In this document: positions 27,299-40,500 of the stretch, piece by piece
How the letters are laid out: each line of letters starts with the position of its first letter
Position numbering within the stretch: the stretch's first letter is position 1
The notes under the pieces: model-generated
Databases searched by the model: none
The model's input: the letters and a program-made list of their open reading frames with translations, nothing else
What the model was told of the DNA's origin: nothing
Assembly: GCA_964247055.1 (NCBI GenBank)
Contig: OZ176050.1
Coordinates: 7,502,001 to 7,566,000, forward strand
Direction: 5' to 3'
Source of the DNA: Paragordius varius
Taxonomy: Eukaryota > Animalia > Nematomorpha
Length of the DNA stretch: 64,000 bases
Position numbers and translations under genes: made by a program

Positions 27299-28361
27299 AT
27301 GGTCTCAAGTTTTCAACATTAACATATATTAACCTAAGTTTTAAAGCAAACTATAAATTCTGAAAACATCATTTTACTTCGGGAGGATTAAAATATGCCC
27401 TGACCAAATGCATCTTAGTTTGAATTAACCTAAAATAAATGTTTTTAAACTAATTTATCTATAATTAAACATACATTTATATACCTTCCTGCAGAGGCGC
27501 AATTGTGGCTGTTTTAGGTTAGTTTTAAGAGCATTTTTTGGTTTCACACGTTGTACTTTAAATAATATTTGGATTATAATACTTAAATAATATCTTTTAC
27601 ATTAATTATATAGCAGTTTTATATTTTTGATTACATCAGGAACTATTGTTAAAACTATTATACAAGATGCCTATATCATATACCAATTTCAGCTCAAAAT
27701 CCATTAAAATTTCATATTCACCTTTAAACAATAATCTCTTTTAAACACATAAATTGCGGCTAAAGATTTATATAAATTTTGTGGCATCAAGGTTTTATAA
27801 ATCAAAATATATAAATGTGTATTTTTTCGATAATGAAATGAATTTTTTAACTTATAGATGGTAAATAAATTTAACTTTAATTAATGCAATTTATAGATTT
27901 CAGAAATTCAGTTATACCCAATAACTCACAATTTTTTGATTACGATAGAAGATTCCTTACTAAACATATTCTTAAAATATTAAAATTTAATAAAAAAATT
28001 CAACTGATTTACAAAAAATGATATTTTATCATAGGGTGAGTTTATGATAAATTAACACTTCATATCTTTTATAATAGTTTTATACCCTAGGAGCATTTAA
28101 AATTTAAATATTTTAAAAAATATTTTAAAATTTGACCAAATTCAAAAATATGCTTTCTTTAGCCCTTTGGGCGCATGATTCATTTTTTTGAAAAATCTCC
28201 ATTTCAACGTCTTTTTTATTTTATAAAACTGTGAACAGAACAGACAAAGTTTTGGTATATATATTAATAATCATTAGGTTTTTAAATAATATGCGCGCAA
28301 TTTTTAAATCGATTTTAATATCAGCTGTTAATCCATGCTGTAAAGCTATTTTTGACTAGAA

Positions 28362-30300
28362 GAGGGGTATCCAATACAAATATCTTCGCGGGCCGCATTA
28401 GAGATAAATAACGGCAATTATAACTAATTGTTATATTTCAGACATCTATATATTTATAAAAATGGAAAATACTGGCTGATCTGTTTCCGGACCGGTAGAC
28501 CCATTCAAATCCAAATGTCGAAAAAATATGATCATTAATGAATGCCCCGACAATAACTTCTCCCTTTTTTTGAATTATAGCCCCAGTTCGGGCCCATCCC
28601 GTGTAAAAAATAGGTTTTTTAAAAAAACACAGGTCCACAAAAATCGTGTCGTTGAGACAATTTTCTGGAAAACGTGTTGGACCATTCGATTTCAAATATG
28701 ATTTTTGTTTACTTATTGATTGCGCCGAACATAATCGGCTCGCTTTTTTAATTAAGGCCCTCTTTTTACCCGCTCCCCCCGTAAATTGCCACTTTTTTCA
28801 AAAAAATTAAGTCCACAAAAATAATTTTTTGAATCTATTTTTCGCCCAAGGTATGAGGCCGTAAAAATATAATAAGGATTCCAGGTATTCCCACTTAAAA
28901 GGCAAAAACTTTAATCGTTTTCTTTTAAATTGGTTGCCGAAGGAGCTACCCGCTGAAAACTGATCCGTCATATCGAAATAGCGTGCCTTTGGGGCTAAAT
29001 TTCAGAAAACCTATCAGGCCATATGAGCCAATATCTGCTTAAAATATTACCAGTAAAAAGGCAAAAATTTAAGTCGAGCGGATTTTTAAAATTATCGTTA
29101 ATTAGGCCGCGCCCTGAAAAATGCGCTATCATTGAACTATTATTTAGTTTGAAGCCATTCTTTCAAACTATTAGGAACATATGGAATGAATGATGATTTC
29201 CCCTATAAGGCAATTTTATTTATCGATCGTCATTTTTATATTGTCTTCTGAGTAGGGGGCTACCCGCCAACAACTGCATCAAGAAATCGATGCAGCATGC
29301 CTTTGGAGCTAAATTTCAGAAAACCTATGATTCAAATATATAAAATCCATGATAATTCCAGATATTCCCCATATAAAGGCAAAAATTTTGCCCAACGCTT
29401 TTTTTGTTCTGCACCCTCAGTAAGAAGTTACCCGCCAAAAACTGCGCACTATATAGCAATTACGTTGTTTTGCAGCTAATTTACTGATAGTTTATGAAGG
29501 CATATAAGCTCATTAAAAGCTTAAATTATTACCCATAACTAGGCAAAGAAGGTCAGGGTTTTTTTATTAGCCGTTAATTTGGGGCCCTTATGCCCTAAAA
29601 ATAGGTCATCAATAACGATTGGTTAGTGTTGAGGTATTTTTTCGAATAACCTATGAGACGATGGTATCAAAGATAATTCCAAATATTTCCTATAAAAGCA
29701 AATTACTCAGCGCGTTTTTCATATAGGTCTATGGGTAGGGGTCTACCGGTTTAAAACTGAGACGCCACACAAAAATGGCGTGGTTTTGGATCTAATTTTT
29801 AATAAAATTTAAGAAGACATACCCGATGTCAAAAATAAAGTTTTTTTTGCTCGTTTCACCCAATAATTGCTTATGTTTTTTATACTAAGAATTGCTGAAT
29901 AAATATTTTTTGTGGACATTGTTAAAATTTGGTGTGCTCGGGGCCTTTATACTATTGAACTGGCTCAACAATATGTTTCTGAGGCTATTTTTCGCCAAAA
30001 TTATGAGATAATAAATTGAATAGGAGTACAGATCGCGTACAAAGGCAAAAAAATTTGCTACTCCCCCAAAGAAGTTCGAAGGACTTCCTCGGGCGGCCTA
30101 GAAGCCCGAGATTTACGCTAGTACAACTATAAAATGTAAGTACATTTTTTCAGTTCTTGAGAAAGGATGACCAATTAGAAAAAAATATAATTTTACAAAG
30201 ATTTTGTGATTTGAAAATTGTCGATTTCTTAAGTTTTTGCGAGCCGCACAGAAAGTCTCGAACCTCATACGGTCCACGAGCAGACTGTAAAACATCCCTG
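28362..30300 (-). mobile_element. hAT-like MITE (family C), host of Helitron copy 2
   Basis: One end at 28362-28444 (gaggggtatccaatac...gcgggccgcatt) and the other at ~30230-30300 (gcgagccgcaca...aaacatccctg); flanks gactagaa / ctctataa resemble an NTCTAGAN target. Confidence 0.55.
28445..30121 (+). mobile_element. Non-autonomous Helitron, copy 2 (inserted in a hAT-like MITE)
   Basis: Same 5' TCTATATATTTATAAAAATGG. 3' end is CTCGGGC-ggcctagaa-GCCCGAG hairpin then ATTTACGCTAG, at an A^T target. Longer interior with degenerate ~155-170 bp subrepeats (ctacccgc-like motif at ~28947, 29259, 29428, 29742). Confidence 0.85.
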
Positions 30301-30625
30301 CTCTATAAATTACAAACTGTAAACTTCTTAGTTTATGATATAGGATAACACGATCTTATAAAAAATTTAAATATTTTTAGAATTGGGTTTAATAAAATTG
30401 TTTCTCTAGTCTTTTAGACGCATGATAATTATTTAAAACTTTACACTTTTGGGGTAGTTTTTAATCTCTTGAAATTAATATCTTAAAAAGTATATAAGGT
30501 ATTTGCCGAATATTAAAATCTGCCTTTTTAGCCCTTTAAACGCATAGTACCAAAAAAGTTTCTTAAAAAATTTAAAATTGTAAAATAATCCATCCTAAAC
30601 TTTTTAACTGCCATTTTTTCTATAA

Positions 30626-31196
30626 CACTTCGATTCAAATTGAGGTATCTAAATACCCCAGAATAAATTGTTGGATTTATAAAAAATTACTGAAGGAAAC
30701 GGTCCCAATTTAAATTTATGCCTCTATCCTAATAAAAATGATATAAACGTGACAAAATATCTAAATAAAATTTTGTTTTGAAAAAAAAGTTACATGTCAA
30801 ACTACTTCGACGCCATCTTTATTTTACATTATTTTTTGCAAAATATCGTCTTCATTTAATTTTAAGGGTAACATTAAAGCTAATTTTTTATTTAAATTAC
30901 ATCCATTGATAGAAATAGAAAAGCGGTTTTATTTGCATTATTTTTTAATTTTACCATTGCACACATGTCACGTTGACTAAATTTTTACCTTTCGGTTTTA
31001 GCTTAAAATAAGTAATATCAAGTATTTTTGAATAAAGTTTTTTATATATTTCGGATTATTAATGTTATATAAGTCCAAAATTTTGCCACGGTTTCGATTC
31101 CTTCCATATTTTTTTATTTAATTTTAAATAGGCCTGGGGCATTTAACTACACCAATTTGAATCAAAGGACTAAAATGAATATGTTGTATCCAAGTA
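30626..31196 (-). mobile_element. TTAA/piggyBac-like MITE (family A)
   Basis: Reverse full-length copy of ~570 bp with cacttcgattcaaattg and ...gtatccaagta|ttaa ends. Confidence 0.75.
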
Positions 31197-31630
31197 TTAA
31201 ATTGTTATATATAGCTAATAAAATAGGCAAATAAATTTGTGTTATGGTTAAAAAGTGATATTTAACTTTAATAAATTTAAGTTGCATTTTTCCAAAAAAC
31301 TGATGATTTTTGATTTTATAGTCTGTGGAATTCTGTTTTAGCTGTCCCAATTTTCTAGAACAGAGGTGTCCAACACAAATAACTTAACAAGCCGCATTTT
31401 TGACTCAAAAAAATTGGCCGGACGAACTTGAAATATATGTGAGTATTCATAAATATTTTATAAGAGTCCTAAAAGGTTAAAAAGCAAACACAATTTAACA
31501 TTGTTTAAAAGAAGGAATGTTGGAATGACTTAAAAATTTGCTTAAGATTATCGATATTACAAAGATTTTGTGAGCATAATTTTGCAAATTATAGAGTTAA
31601 AACTATTTGCGGGTCGCATATAATTTTTTG

Positions 31631-31670
<40 letters not shown>

Positions 31671-31704
31671 TTTATCACGAGAAAGTTTAATAATTATATT
31701 TTAA

Positions 31705-32210
31705 CACTTTGATTCAAATCGGGGTATCTACATACTCCAGATAACATTAAAGTTGATTTCAAAAACTACTAAAAAAACGGTTAAAATTTAAATTTATGCT
31801 TCTATTCTACTAAATATTATATAAATAAGCCGAAATATCTAAATAAAATTTAGTTTAAAAAATCCATAAAAACTATGATTTTAAAATATTTTGCAAAATA
31901 TCGGGTTTATTTAATTTTAAAACTAAAATTAAAATTATTCTTTAATATCACATTCAATATTGACGGACAGAAAAAAATGGTTTATTTTGTATTATTTTTA
32001 TATCTTGGTAAGTTGACTAAATTTTAACTTTTGTCTTTTACCTTAAACTAAGTAATATCAACTATTTTTGATTGGATTTATTTATATTTTGGATTTTTTA
32101 AAATTATATAAGTATAAACTTTTGCCATTTTGGTTTATTATATATTTTGAAGTCATTAATTTTAACGAGGCCTGGGGTATTCAACTACTCTAAATTATAT
32201 CGAAGGTAAT
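31705..32210 (-). mobile_element. TTAA/piggyBac-like MITE (family A), truncated, upstream of ING3
   Basis: ttaa|cactttgattcaaatcggggtatc start; similarity fades near 32210, about 230 bp upstream of the ING3 ATG. Confidence 0.7.
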
Positions 32211-32438
32211 GAATGAAAAATTTTAATACAATATTTGTTTATAATTTAGAGTCGGGTATAGAACTTACAAAAAGATATAATGAAAAAAGCTTTAAGGCTA
32301 AAAACTATCCCAAATGTTATCACGTATAAAATATGTAAAGTAATGAATAGTTACACAAAAATTTTTGGGCATTGGACTAAATGCGCTCAGCTTCATCCAA
32401 TCATTGTAAATAATCATGTGTGAAAATTGAAAATCAAG

Positions 32439-35400
32439 ATGCTGTATCTTGAGGATTATATTGAATTGATTGAGCATTTGCCAAAAGATATTAAGGAAAA
32501 ATTGACTGATATGAGAGATCAGGATATGAAGGTAGTTTTTATTTATTATTGAAGGTTCAAAATGGAATGGAAAATTTAGAAACAAGGGTATCCTCATTTT
32601 TTTCTCGTGCAAAGCGCTTATCCAATGAGGATAGAGAAAAGGAATATAACAATATATGTGCCGAATATCAAAAGATGAGTCTATTATCTGCAGATAAAAT
32701 GTCGTCAGCCACCAAATTAAATGAGTTATTTTCCAAGCACATTAGTAAGTTGGATCAAGAATTAGCAAAATTTAAGTTGGAATTAGAGGCCGACAATGCC
32801 GGTAAATACAAATTGATTATTTAGGTATTACGGAAATATTGGAAAAACGCTCTCTTGAAATGGACAATCACAATAAACCTATTGCTCAGTCACACATCTA
32901 TCAAAAATACGCTAATGCCCATTTAAATAAAGGTGCAAACATAGTTGCTTCAAATTTAATGTCTAATGCCACCAAACGCCTTAATAAAAAATATCTTAAT
33001 CAATCTTACAGACCATTGAGTCTTGGAAGCGGTGGAGGGTTGCGCAAATTTCCACCTTTGAGAGTTAATCAAGGTTATATATATTTTATCATACGTTAAC
33101 TCCGCGCAAATGTTTTAATATTTTCTCCCGTATTTGATAGGATCTGAAATGTTATGTTAAAAAGATTGCAAAAAATATTAATAAAAAATTTGATTTTATT
33201 TGTACAAGCCACGTTTAAGGGTTTAATCATTGTGATCATATTTCCTATGATTTTTAAATTAATTTTAAATGAGAAGATTTGGTTATAAAATCGCCAAATA
33301 GACATTTCGCTTTAATGTATACCATTGAATTTTTGAAACACATTAAAACGGCTTTAATGAAATTAATATATATATATATATATATATCCTCTGCAACCTG
33401 TATTGAACTGAACTATAAAATTAATAAAGTTAAAAAAATTAATCTATATAGGCATTTTATTGTGCCAATCTAAACCAGCAAAAATTAATTAGTTCAGTTA
33501 TAAATAGATATGGACTTACTTTATTTTGATAATATTTTATTAAATATTTCATTAAATATTTGTCACATGTTTCGAATGATTAGGTAAAATCTGTGGCATG
33601 GGATTAAATTATAAAATAAACGGTTATTACATTAAATTTAAAACAGGTTGTTTTACCTGGATTTATTTAAAAAAATATATTTGTAATCATTACTAGAGGG
33701 CATGATGGTATTCTCATATGGAGTGTCTGAGCTTGAAACCCGAAACTACGCAATTTTCCATCATCACTGTCAGCCCTAAGAAGTCGAGTGTTAAAGCTTT
33801 TAAAATCTTTATAAGAGTACGCACATTTATGTGGCCTGTTCACATTATTGTTGGACAGTTTGTAATACAGTAGCGTGTGTTATAAAACAAATTTTGCCCA
33901 TAATGGAATAAACAAGTTAACGTTGTAAGATAGGAAAAAATGTTTTTAACATTTTGTTGTTTTTATCCATACACTACTGTGTTGCCAACTGGCCAATAGA
34001 GTATAAATGAGCATGCTGTCTTACCCTTTATAAGAAAAAGGAAATTTTAAACGGTATATTGTTATTTATCAACGGTTACTTCAATTGAACGAATGTCGTG
34101 TTTGATGAAATAAAAAATGATTTGGTTCATAGGTCAACGGATTTAAAATTGTGTTGCGATTAATATGCGCTTAGAAATATTTTTCTAACACACACACAAC
34201 TGCAAATAATTATTTTTTTACGGAAAAAGTGTGATCATTAGGCCTATGCCATGTGGCTACTAACATAAATTGTTGGTAATAAGTGAATCGAAGAAAAGTA
34301 ATCATCATATTATAGGAGAATGGTAAGTTAAATACGTTATGAAATAACGAGTAAAAAAGAGGTTAAAACCTGAATAAGCAGGGCTTAGCGTAAATTTTTT
34401 ATGGTAAGAATGCACAGAAGTTGAAGTTAATTTATCACCCAGGTTGATATTAAAAAACCAAAATACTTTGTTTAAAGTTTTTAATTTCTATTTGATTTAT
34501 AGCAACCAAATCATCGAGCACTGCATCACCAACAAATTCACCATCAGGTACAAATTTTAATTTATTTAAAATATTTTACATTTAACACTTTATTTCACAA
34601 AAAGAGCCGAAAGTTAAGACTGTCAATTAGTAAGCTTTATAATTAGCATCCCTAATTATAAGGCCAACGTAATTTTAAAATATGGTCAGCTCAATAGAAT
34701 TTTCATTTTTTTACTTTTTATGCGACTAATTATCAAAAAAACTTGCTATTTACTTTATAAATACACTTAACTTTACAAATTTTATTGCATTTTAGATGGA
34801 GCTCGATCCAGTACTTCTAACCTCCACCAACAACTGCAAAATCGTATTCTTTCATTTTATACGCCCATTTTTTATTTTTCAATTAGGTTACAGAAAAACA
34901 AATTTTGGGTCTAACACTAAAGTCTCAGATGCAAAAAGCAATCAGATATCAGAAAATTTTATAGGTATGCTATTATCTATATTAAAGTTGAAAGGCGCGA
35001 TTATTGTTTATATATTGGTAATAAGAAATAATAAGCAAAAGCTAATATCTCAAGATAAATTAATAATAATTTAATATATATGTAGGTGGATATAGAATGC
35101 ATTTATTGTATTATGATTGAATTTATTTACCAATACTATCATTTTAAAAAGATATATTCTTTTTATTTATTTAATTTAAAACGGAGTTATTTTTAAACTA
35201 AAATATCCTGTTACAATGCCAAATGAATTAGAATAAATGGAATGGAGGATAATTTGATTTTCACACATTAATAAACACATATACATTGATAATTTATCCG
35301 ATATTTGTTTATAATAATTTGCAAAAAAGGCCAAACATTGATTTAACTATTATAATTTTTTTCCAAAAAATATTAAATTGCTCAATTACATTACTTATTT

Positions 35401-36317
35401 AGGCAATTTGTCTCATCTTGGCAACGATTACAATGACAAACATTCTGGAACCAACTATTATTACAATAGCACTACTGGTAAAACCATAATTATAATTAAA
35501 CGCCTTAAACCTCATTAACGGGAAATGTGGCTCATATATTGTGGCATTTTTTAAAAATAAACGTTGTCTTAATACAATACCTAGCGGTTGTATCTAAAAA
35601 CTAGATAAATGTTTTATATTCTAAAAAGGGGATGAATTTGCAGGAGTTTATTAATTTAATGCTCATTCTGAGCAGGGTATACTGTATTTAAAATAGCGAA
35701 AATGAAAACATAAAGCGCTTTTTACTTGATATCATATATGAATAGGTTTAACCCCTTCACACGATTATGATGAAACATCATCCACACATGGGATAAGTAA
35801 CGCCTTGTTAAATGGCAACAGGGAAATTGGTGAAGAAGAAATTCTTGAAGACGATCCGAATGAACCACGGTATAAGAACAGAAAAGATTATTTAAAGCTT
35901 TTATATGATTTTTATAATATAAAATTTAGTTTTGTTAATCGTTTTTTATATAGGTTAAATTTTAGATAGTTTCAGATTAATGTTTTACCTATTTTTTATG
36001 GATTCTGCATAAAATTTTATTTTTACCATTACGCCTTAACGTTTTTATGGTAATTTATTTCGTAATTTTTATAAAATTTCGTATTTTTAAAAATATAACT
36101 TTGTTCCTATTTAATAATGTATCTATGTGGATTTAGATATTGCGTATGTCAACAAGTTAGTTATGGAGAAATGGTGGCTTGCGATAATCCAACCTGCCCT
36201 TATGAATGGTTCCATTATGCTTGTGTCGGTATAAGTCAACCACCGCGTGGAAAATGGTTTTGTCCGGAATGTAGTGTTACTTTTACACAAATCAACGCTG
36301 TTCAACCAACCTTTTAA
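32439..36317 (+). CDS. ING3: Inhibitor of growth protein 3 (NuA4/Tip60 subunit, PHD finger), ~379 aa
   Basis: Exons 32439-32531, 32555-32801, 32825-33073, 34503-34547, 34796-34843, 34887-34964, 35403-35477, 35746-35869, 36137-36317 (1140 nt, in frame). N-terminus [19 protein letters not shown]...[32 protein letters not shown] is the ING3 signature. C-terminal [37 protein letters not shown]...WFCPEC is an ING PHD finger. Middle low-complexity exons were chosen on splice sites and phase. Confidence 0.93.
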
Positions 36318-37559
36318 CCCCATACTATTTATATTTTAAATTTTGTAATATATCTATTTATATAAATTGTGTGTTTAGTGAATAAATTATCAATATTTGT
36401 TAACAATAAATGTCTATTTCCAACCTATAATTCAATATATATGAAATAAAATTGGTATTTTTTTCTGGTTTAAGTATGGTCAATCCTGTTAAATGATAGG
36501 ATATCATTTTCATGGCACTTAGCGATTACTGTTGTAGGATTGTAACAATGCAGTATAGTCTGGTTTATCATTGATTGATTAAAACTCGTAATTTTGGCCA
36601 AATCACCAAGTAAATTGTACATTTGTAAATTCCAGAGCAAATATTATCGACGTATAACTAAGAAAGTTTGGCTAAAAATTAAATTGTATTTATTTTTAGA
36701 TAAAAGGGATAACCTGTTGATGCCTACTATGATACATGGATATATATATTTATATACACTATGTAATATAAATCAAGATATAAAATTTAGATTTTCAAAA
36801 CTTACTCAATAAAAAGAATTTTTTTAATTTTACAAAATAACCCATAATATTTTATAATTCAATATGGGGAAAGACACAGAGGGAGCAAAATAGCTTGATC
36901 AAATAACAGTGTATAAACCAAGAATTAAAGCTAACGGTACACATATAGCTTTGTACTAAATATAATTATAATGTATCGCCTAAATTACCGGCCTAGGACT
37001 AAGGAACCGTAAAATTTATTCTTTACTACATAAAACTTTCTTTACCACGAATTTAAATATCGATAATTATATATCTATAAGGTATCATATTAGACGTATC
37101 CCCATCATACGCAACTGAGCAAGTGTCACTGAACCAGCATTTAATATATGGAAAAGCAGCAAGGACGTCTTTTCAGTGGCGACTCGAGTATGCTACACCT
37201 CTTTCTTGATACACCTTGATAAAAAAGAAAAAATATGATAATGTGGCAAATTCATTGGTTATTGTAGAATTTTGTCACAATAACTTTATAATTTGCAATT
37301 AGTGTTTACTTTATTTATAATACCAAAATTTGACTTAAAAATGGTACATTATTGTAAAGAAATACTTCGACAAAAAATGTAAACGTATGATAAATTAAAA
37401 AATTTATATTTATAAAAATAATTGTTTAAAATAATTTTAAAATAATATTTAAATTTATTATTTTTTTAAATTTAACCGTATTACTGCATATGTTTTTCGT
37501 TCTACTTCAATATCAAAATGTGATTTGGTTCGTATGTCAATTGTAACTGCGTCCGTTAA

Positions 37560-40500
37560 ATGATTCTTTTAGATATTAAGAACAAAGCTTTGGAAGATTT
37601 ATTAATATTAAAGTTTAATACATTTTTGGAAGGGTATTATATTATATATTTGTAGTCTAAAATCAGAAAAATCCGATGTCATTTTATCAGGTAATTTAAT
37701 TTTATATGTGTTTTAGATTTTGATGGTGTTATATACCATATATCGAATTCAGACAATGATAAAACAAAAATAATGGTGATAATTCATTTAATTTTTTTAG
37801 GTTAGTATCTCAATCAAGTATTATAACGAACTTTGTAAACATGGTTTAAACAAGGTATAATTTGTCTTATTTTAGTATTTGAAAAATGAATATGGATCCT
37901 TATATTCGACCAAGTCCGAGAATGGTATATTTTTTTAATAATTTGGAATTTACATTTATCAATAACATATAAATGACTCATTTCCAATAATAGGTTATGA
38001 TGTTTCACTCATTATGGATTTGAAATCGCTAACAGATAATTTGGCAATTCAAATATCTCAATTTCAAAGTTCCTCAGATGCAAATAATATCCCTCCTGAC
38101 ACCAATTCATTAATTGATATGAAAAATCCACTGACTACCAATCCTAAAAACTCTGAATGCCAAAAATTACTAAAACTTATCCACAAAGTTGCAATGATTA
38201 AGCGTGCCTGTTTTGGTTGCCTTTTTGTCCCATACTTTCTCCATTTAGATTATTTGAATTCATCTAATGATAAAACATTATCCTCTAAAATTAATTCAAT
38301 CACACCTATAAGTTTTAAAAGTGATGAGAACATTCATCATCATACCACCACAGAAAGGATGGCAAATGGCAATACTTTACCACAAAAAAGGTAATATAAA
38401 TATTTTTTTGAAGCTAATTTGCCATTATTAACACTTGGATGCAACACATTCATTTTAGTCCTTTGATTCAAATTGGGGTATTTAAATACCCCAGGTCTCT
38501 TTAAATTTAAATTCTTTAAAAAATATGGAAGGAATCCAAACTATGGCAAAATTTTGCAGTTATATAACATAAATAAACCGAAATAAATAAAAAATTTTAT
38601 TCAAAAATACTTGGTATTACTTATTTTAAGTTAAAACTGAAAGGGAAAAATCTTGTCAACGTAACATGTGTCTAATGGTAAAATTAAAAAATAATATACA
38701 AAATAACCCGCTATTTCTATTTCTATCAATGTTAAATGTGATTTATAAAAAATAAGCTTTCATTTTACCCTTAAAATTAAACGAAGACGATATTTTGCAA
38801 AAATTGTGTAAAATTAAAATGGCGTCCAAGTAGTTTGACATGGAACTTTTTTTTCAAAACAAAATTTTATCAAGATATTTTGGCATATTTATATAATTTT
38901 AATTAGGATAGAAGCATAAATTGGGACCGTTTCCTTCAGTAGTTTTTTAAAATTTTTAATATAAATTTAGTCTGGGGTATTTAGATACCCCAATTTGAAT
39001 CGAAGTGTTAATTTTAAATGTAATATTGTAGCCCTCTTTTCCAAAATTATTCTTTTTGAAAAACAGCACCTATAAACCAATTAGCTCATTCTGATAACTT
39101 TTTCCCACTAAATATTTTAGTAACAACCATTGTATGCATTGAATAATTTTCCACAATTTATTAATTAGTTTGTGGGCAATTTTTTTAAGAGATACCCATG
39201 AGACAAAGCAAAAAATATTAGGTGATTATTTTAATTTTCCAAAAATTTGTACATGATATTCAATATACTTATAATATTTAATAATATTCTACATTAAATT
39301 TCCAAAAAAGGATATGGACATTATGACTTTTATATTTTTCCCGCAAATGGGCACTTCATAAGCGCAGCTCCACTATTATAAAGAAGCGAGCGGTTAATAA
39401 TTACTGGCAGATCTATATTTTTTGTAGATATATAATTTATAATCTATATTATAACTAATTTTTGTGTTAAGTATTAATCAGGATTCGAAATGGCAGGCAG
39501 TTATATGGATATAAAAATAAATGAAATAGAGTTCATTAATTCCTTAAAGGCACATTATTATTACTATACCTATCTATGTGTGTACAATGTTATGTGTCAG
39601 TCATGTTTGTTGTATTCAACAAATTTTTTGCACAATACAATAAAAACAATGTGTCATTAATGTACTCTTTTGTCATAAAAGAAGGATTCATATTATGTAA
39701 TAATTAAACGGAGAAAAAAAATCAACAAAGGAATATAAACTGGATTAATTTGTGGTGGTTTAACGCTTTTTGTATTATATATTTTTAATTACATGAGATT
39801 TGAAATTATTTTTTATATTTTGAGTTATACGGTTTGTTTTTAATTCATTTAAGACTAAATTAATATAATTATAAAAATTAATAATTATATAATTTTTCCC
39901 ACGTTATTTTAAACGAATTTTAATAAATTTTAAATGATTCTCATTTCATATATTTCAGATTAAAAGTTTCGGAGCTAAGTATATCATTAGAGAATGCTTG
40001 TTTATAAAATTTTATATTTTAAATATAAATTCATCTGACGCAATCCTTTGTGCATAATAAATTTGCGATATTTTAACACTGTGTCTCAATTAGGGGTCTT
40101 AAATTTTAAAAGCCTTTTTCCAGAAAAATGCTAATATTTTTTTGTAAACAAGGACATCTGTTTTTTATTGAAAAGTTTAATTAATTTTGTTCAGGGCCCC
40201 AAGATTTGGCACAGGATGTAACATGTAATTTAAAAAATTAATTGATCGTAATATCCATATAATTTTAAAATTTAGCTAATCTTTTTTTTACATTCCTTCG
40301 ATTTAATCAATAATGAATGCATTACACATGTTAAATATGTGTTAATGTACAAAAGCTTCATCAAACATTTTCTTAAAACCAATTCCACCTAATATAACTA
40401 ATGGTTTTTAGGATAAATGAAAAGTTGGAATGTGCAAACATGAATATACGTTAATCATAAAGTATTTAAACCCATTAAACTCAATTTATTCATTTAAAAT

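Noticed and set aside
33705-33735. C/D box snoRNA in ING3 intron 3 (ATGATG…CTGA)
   Set aside because: Imperfect C box, only ~28 nt to the CTGA and no terminal stem.
37040-37225. Minus-strand frame interrupted by a single TGA (…YSSRH*KDVLAAF…) as a selenoprotein
   Set aside because: No start, no redox motif around the TGA and no recognisable SECIS; chance is likely.
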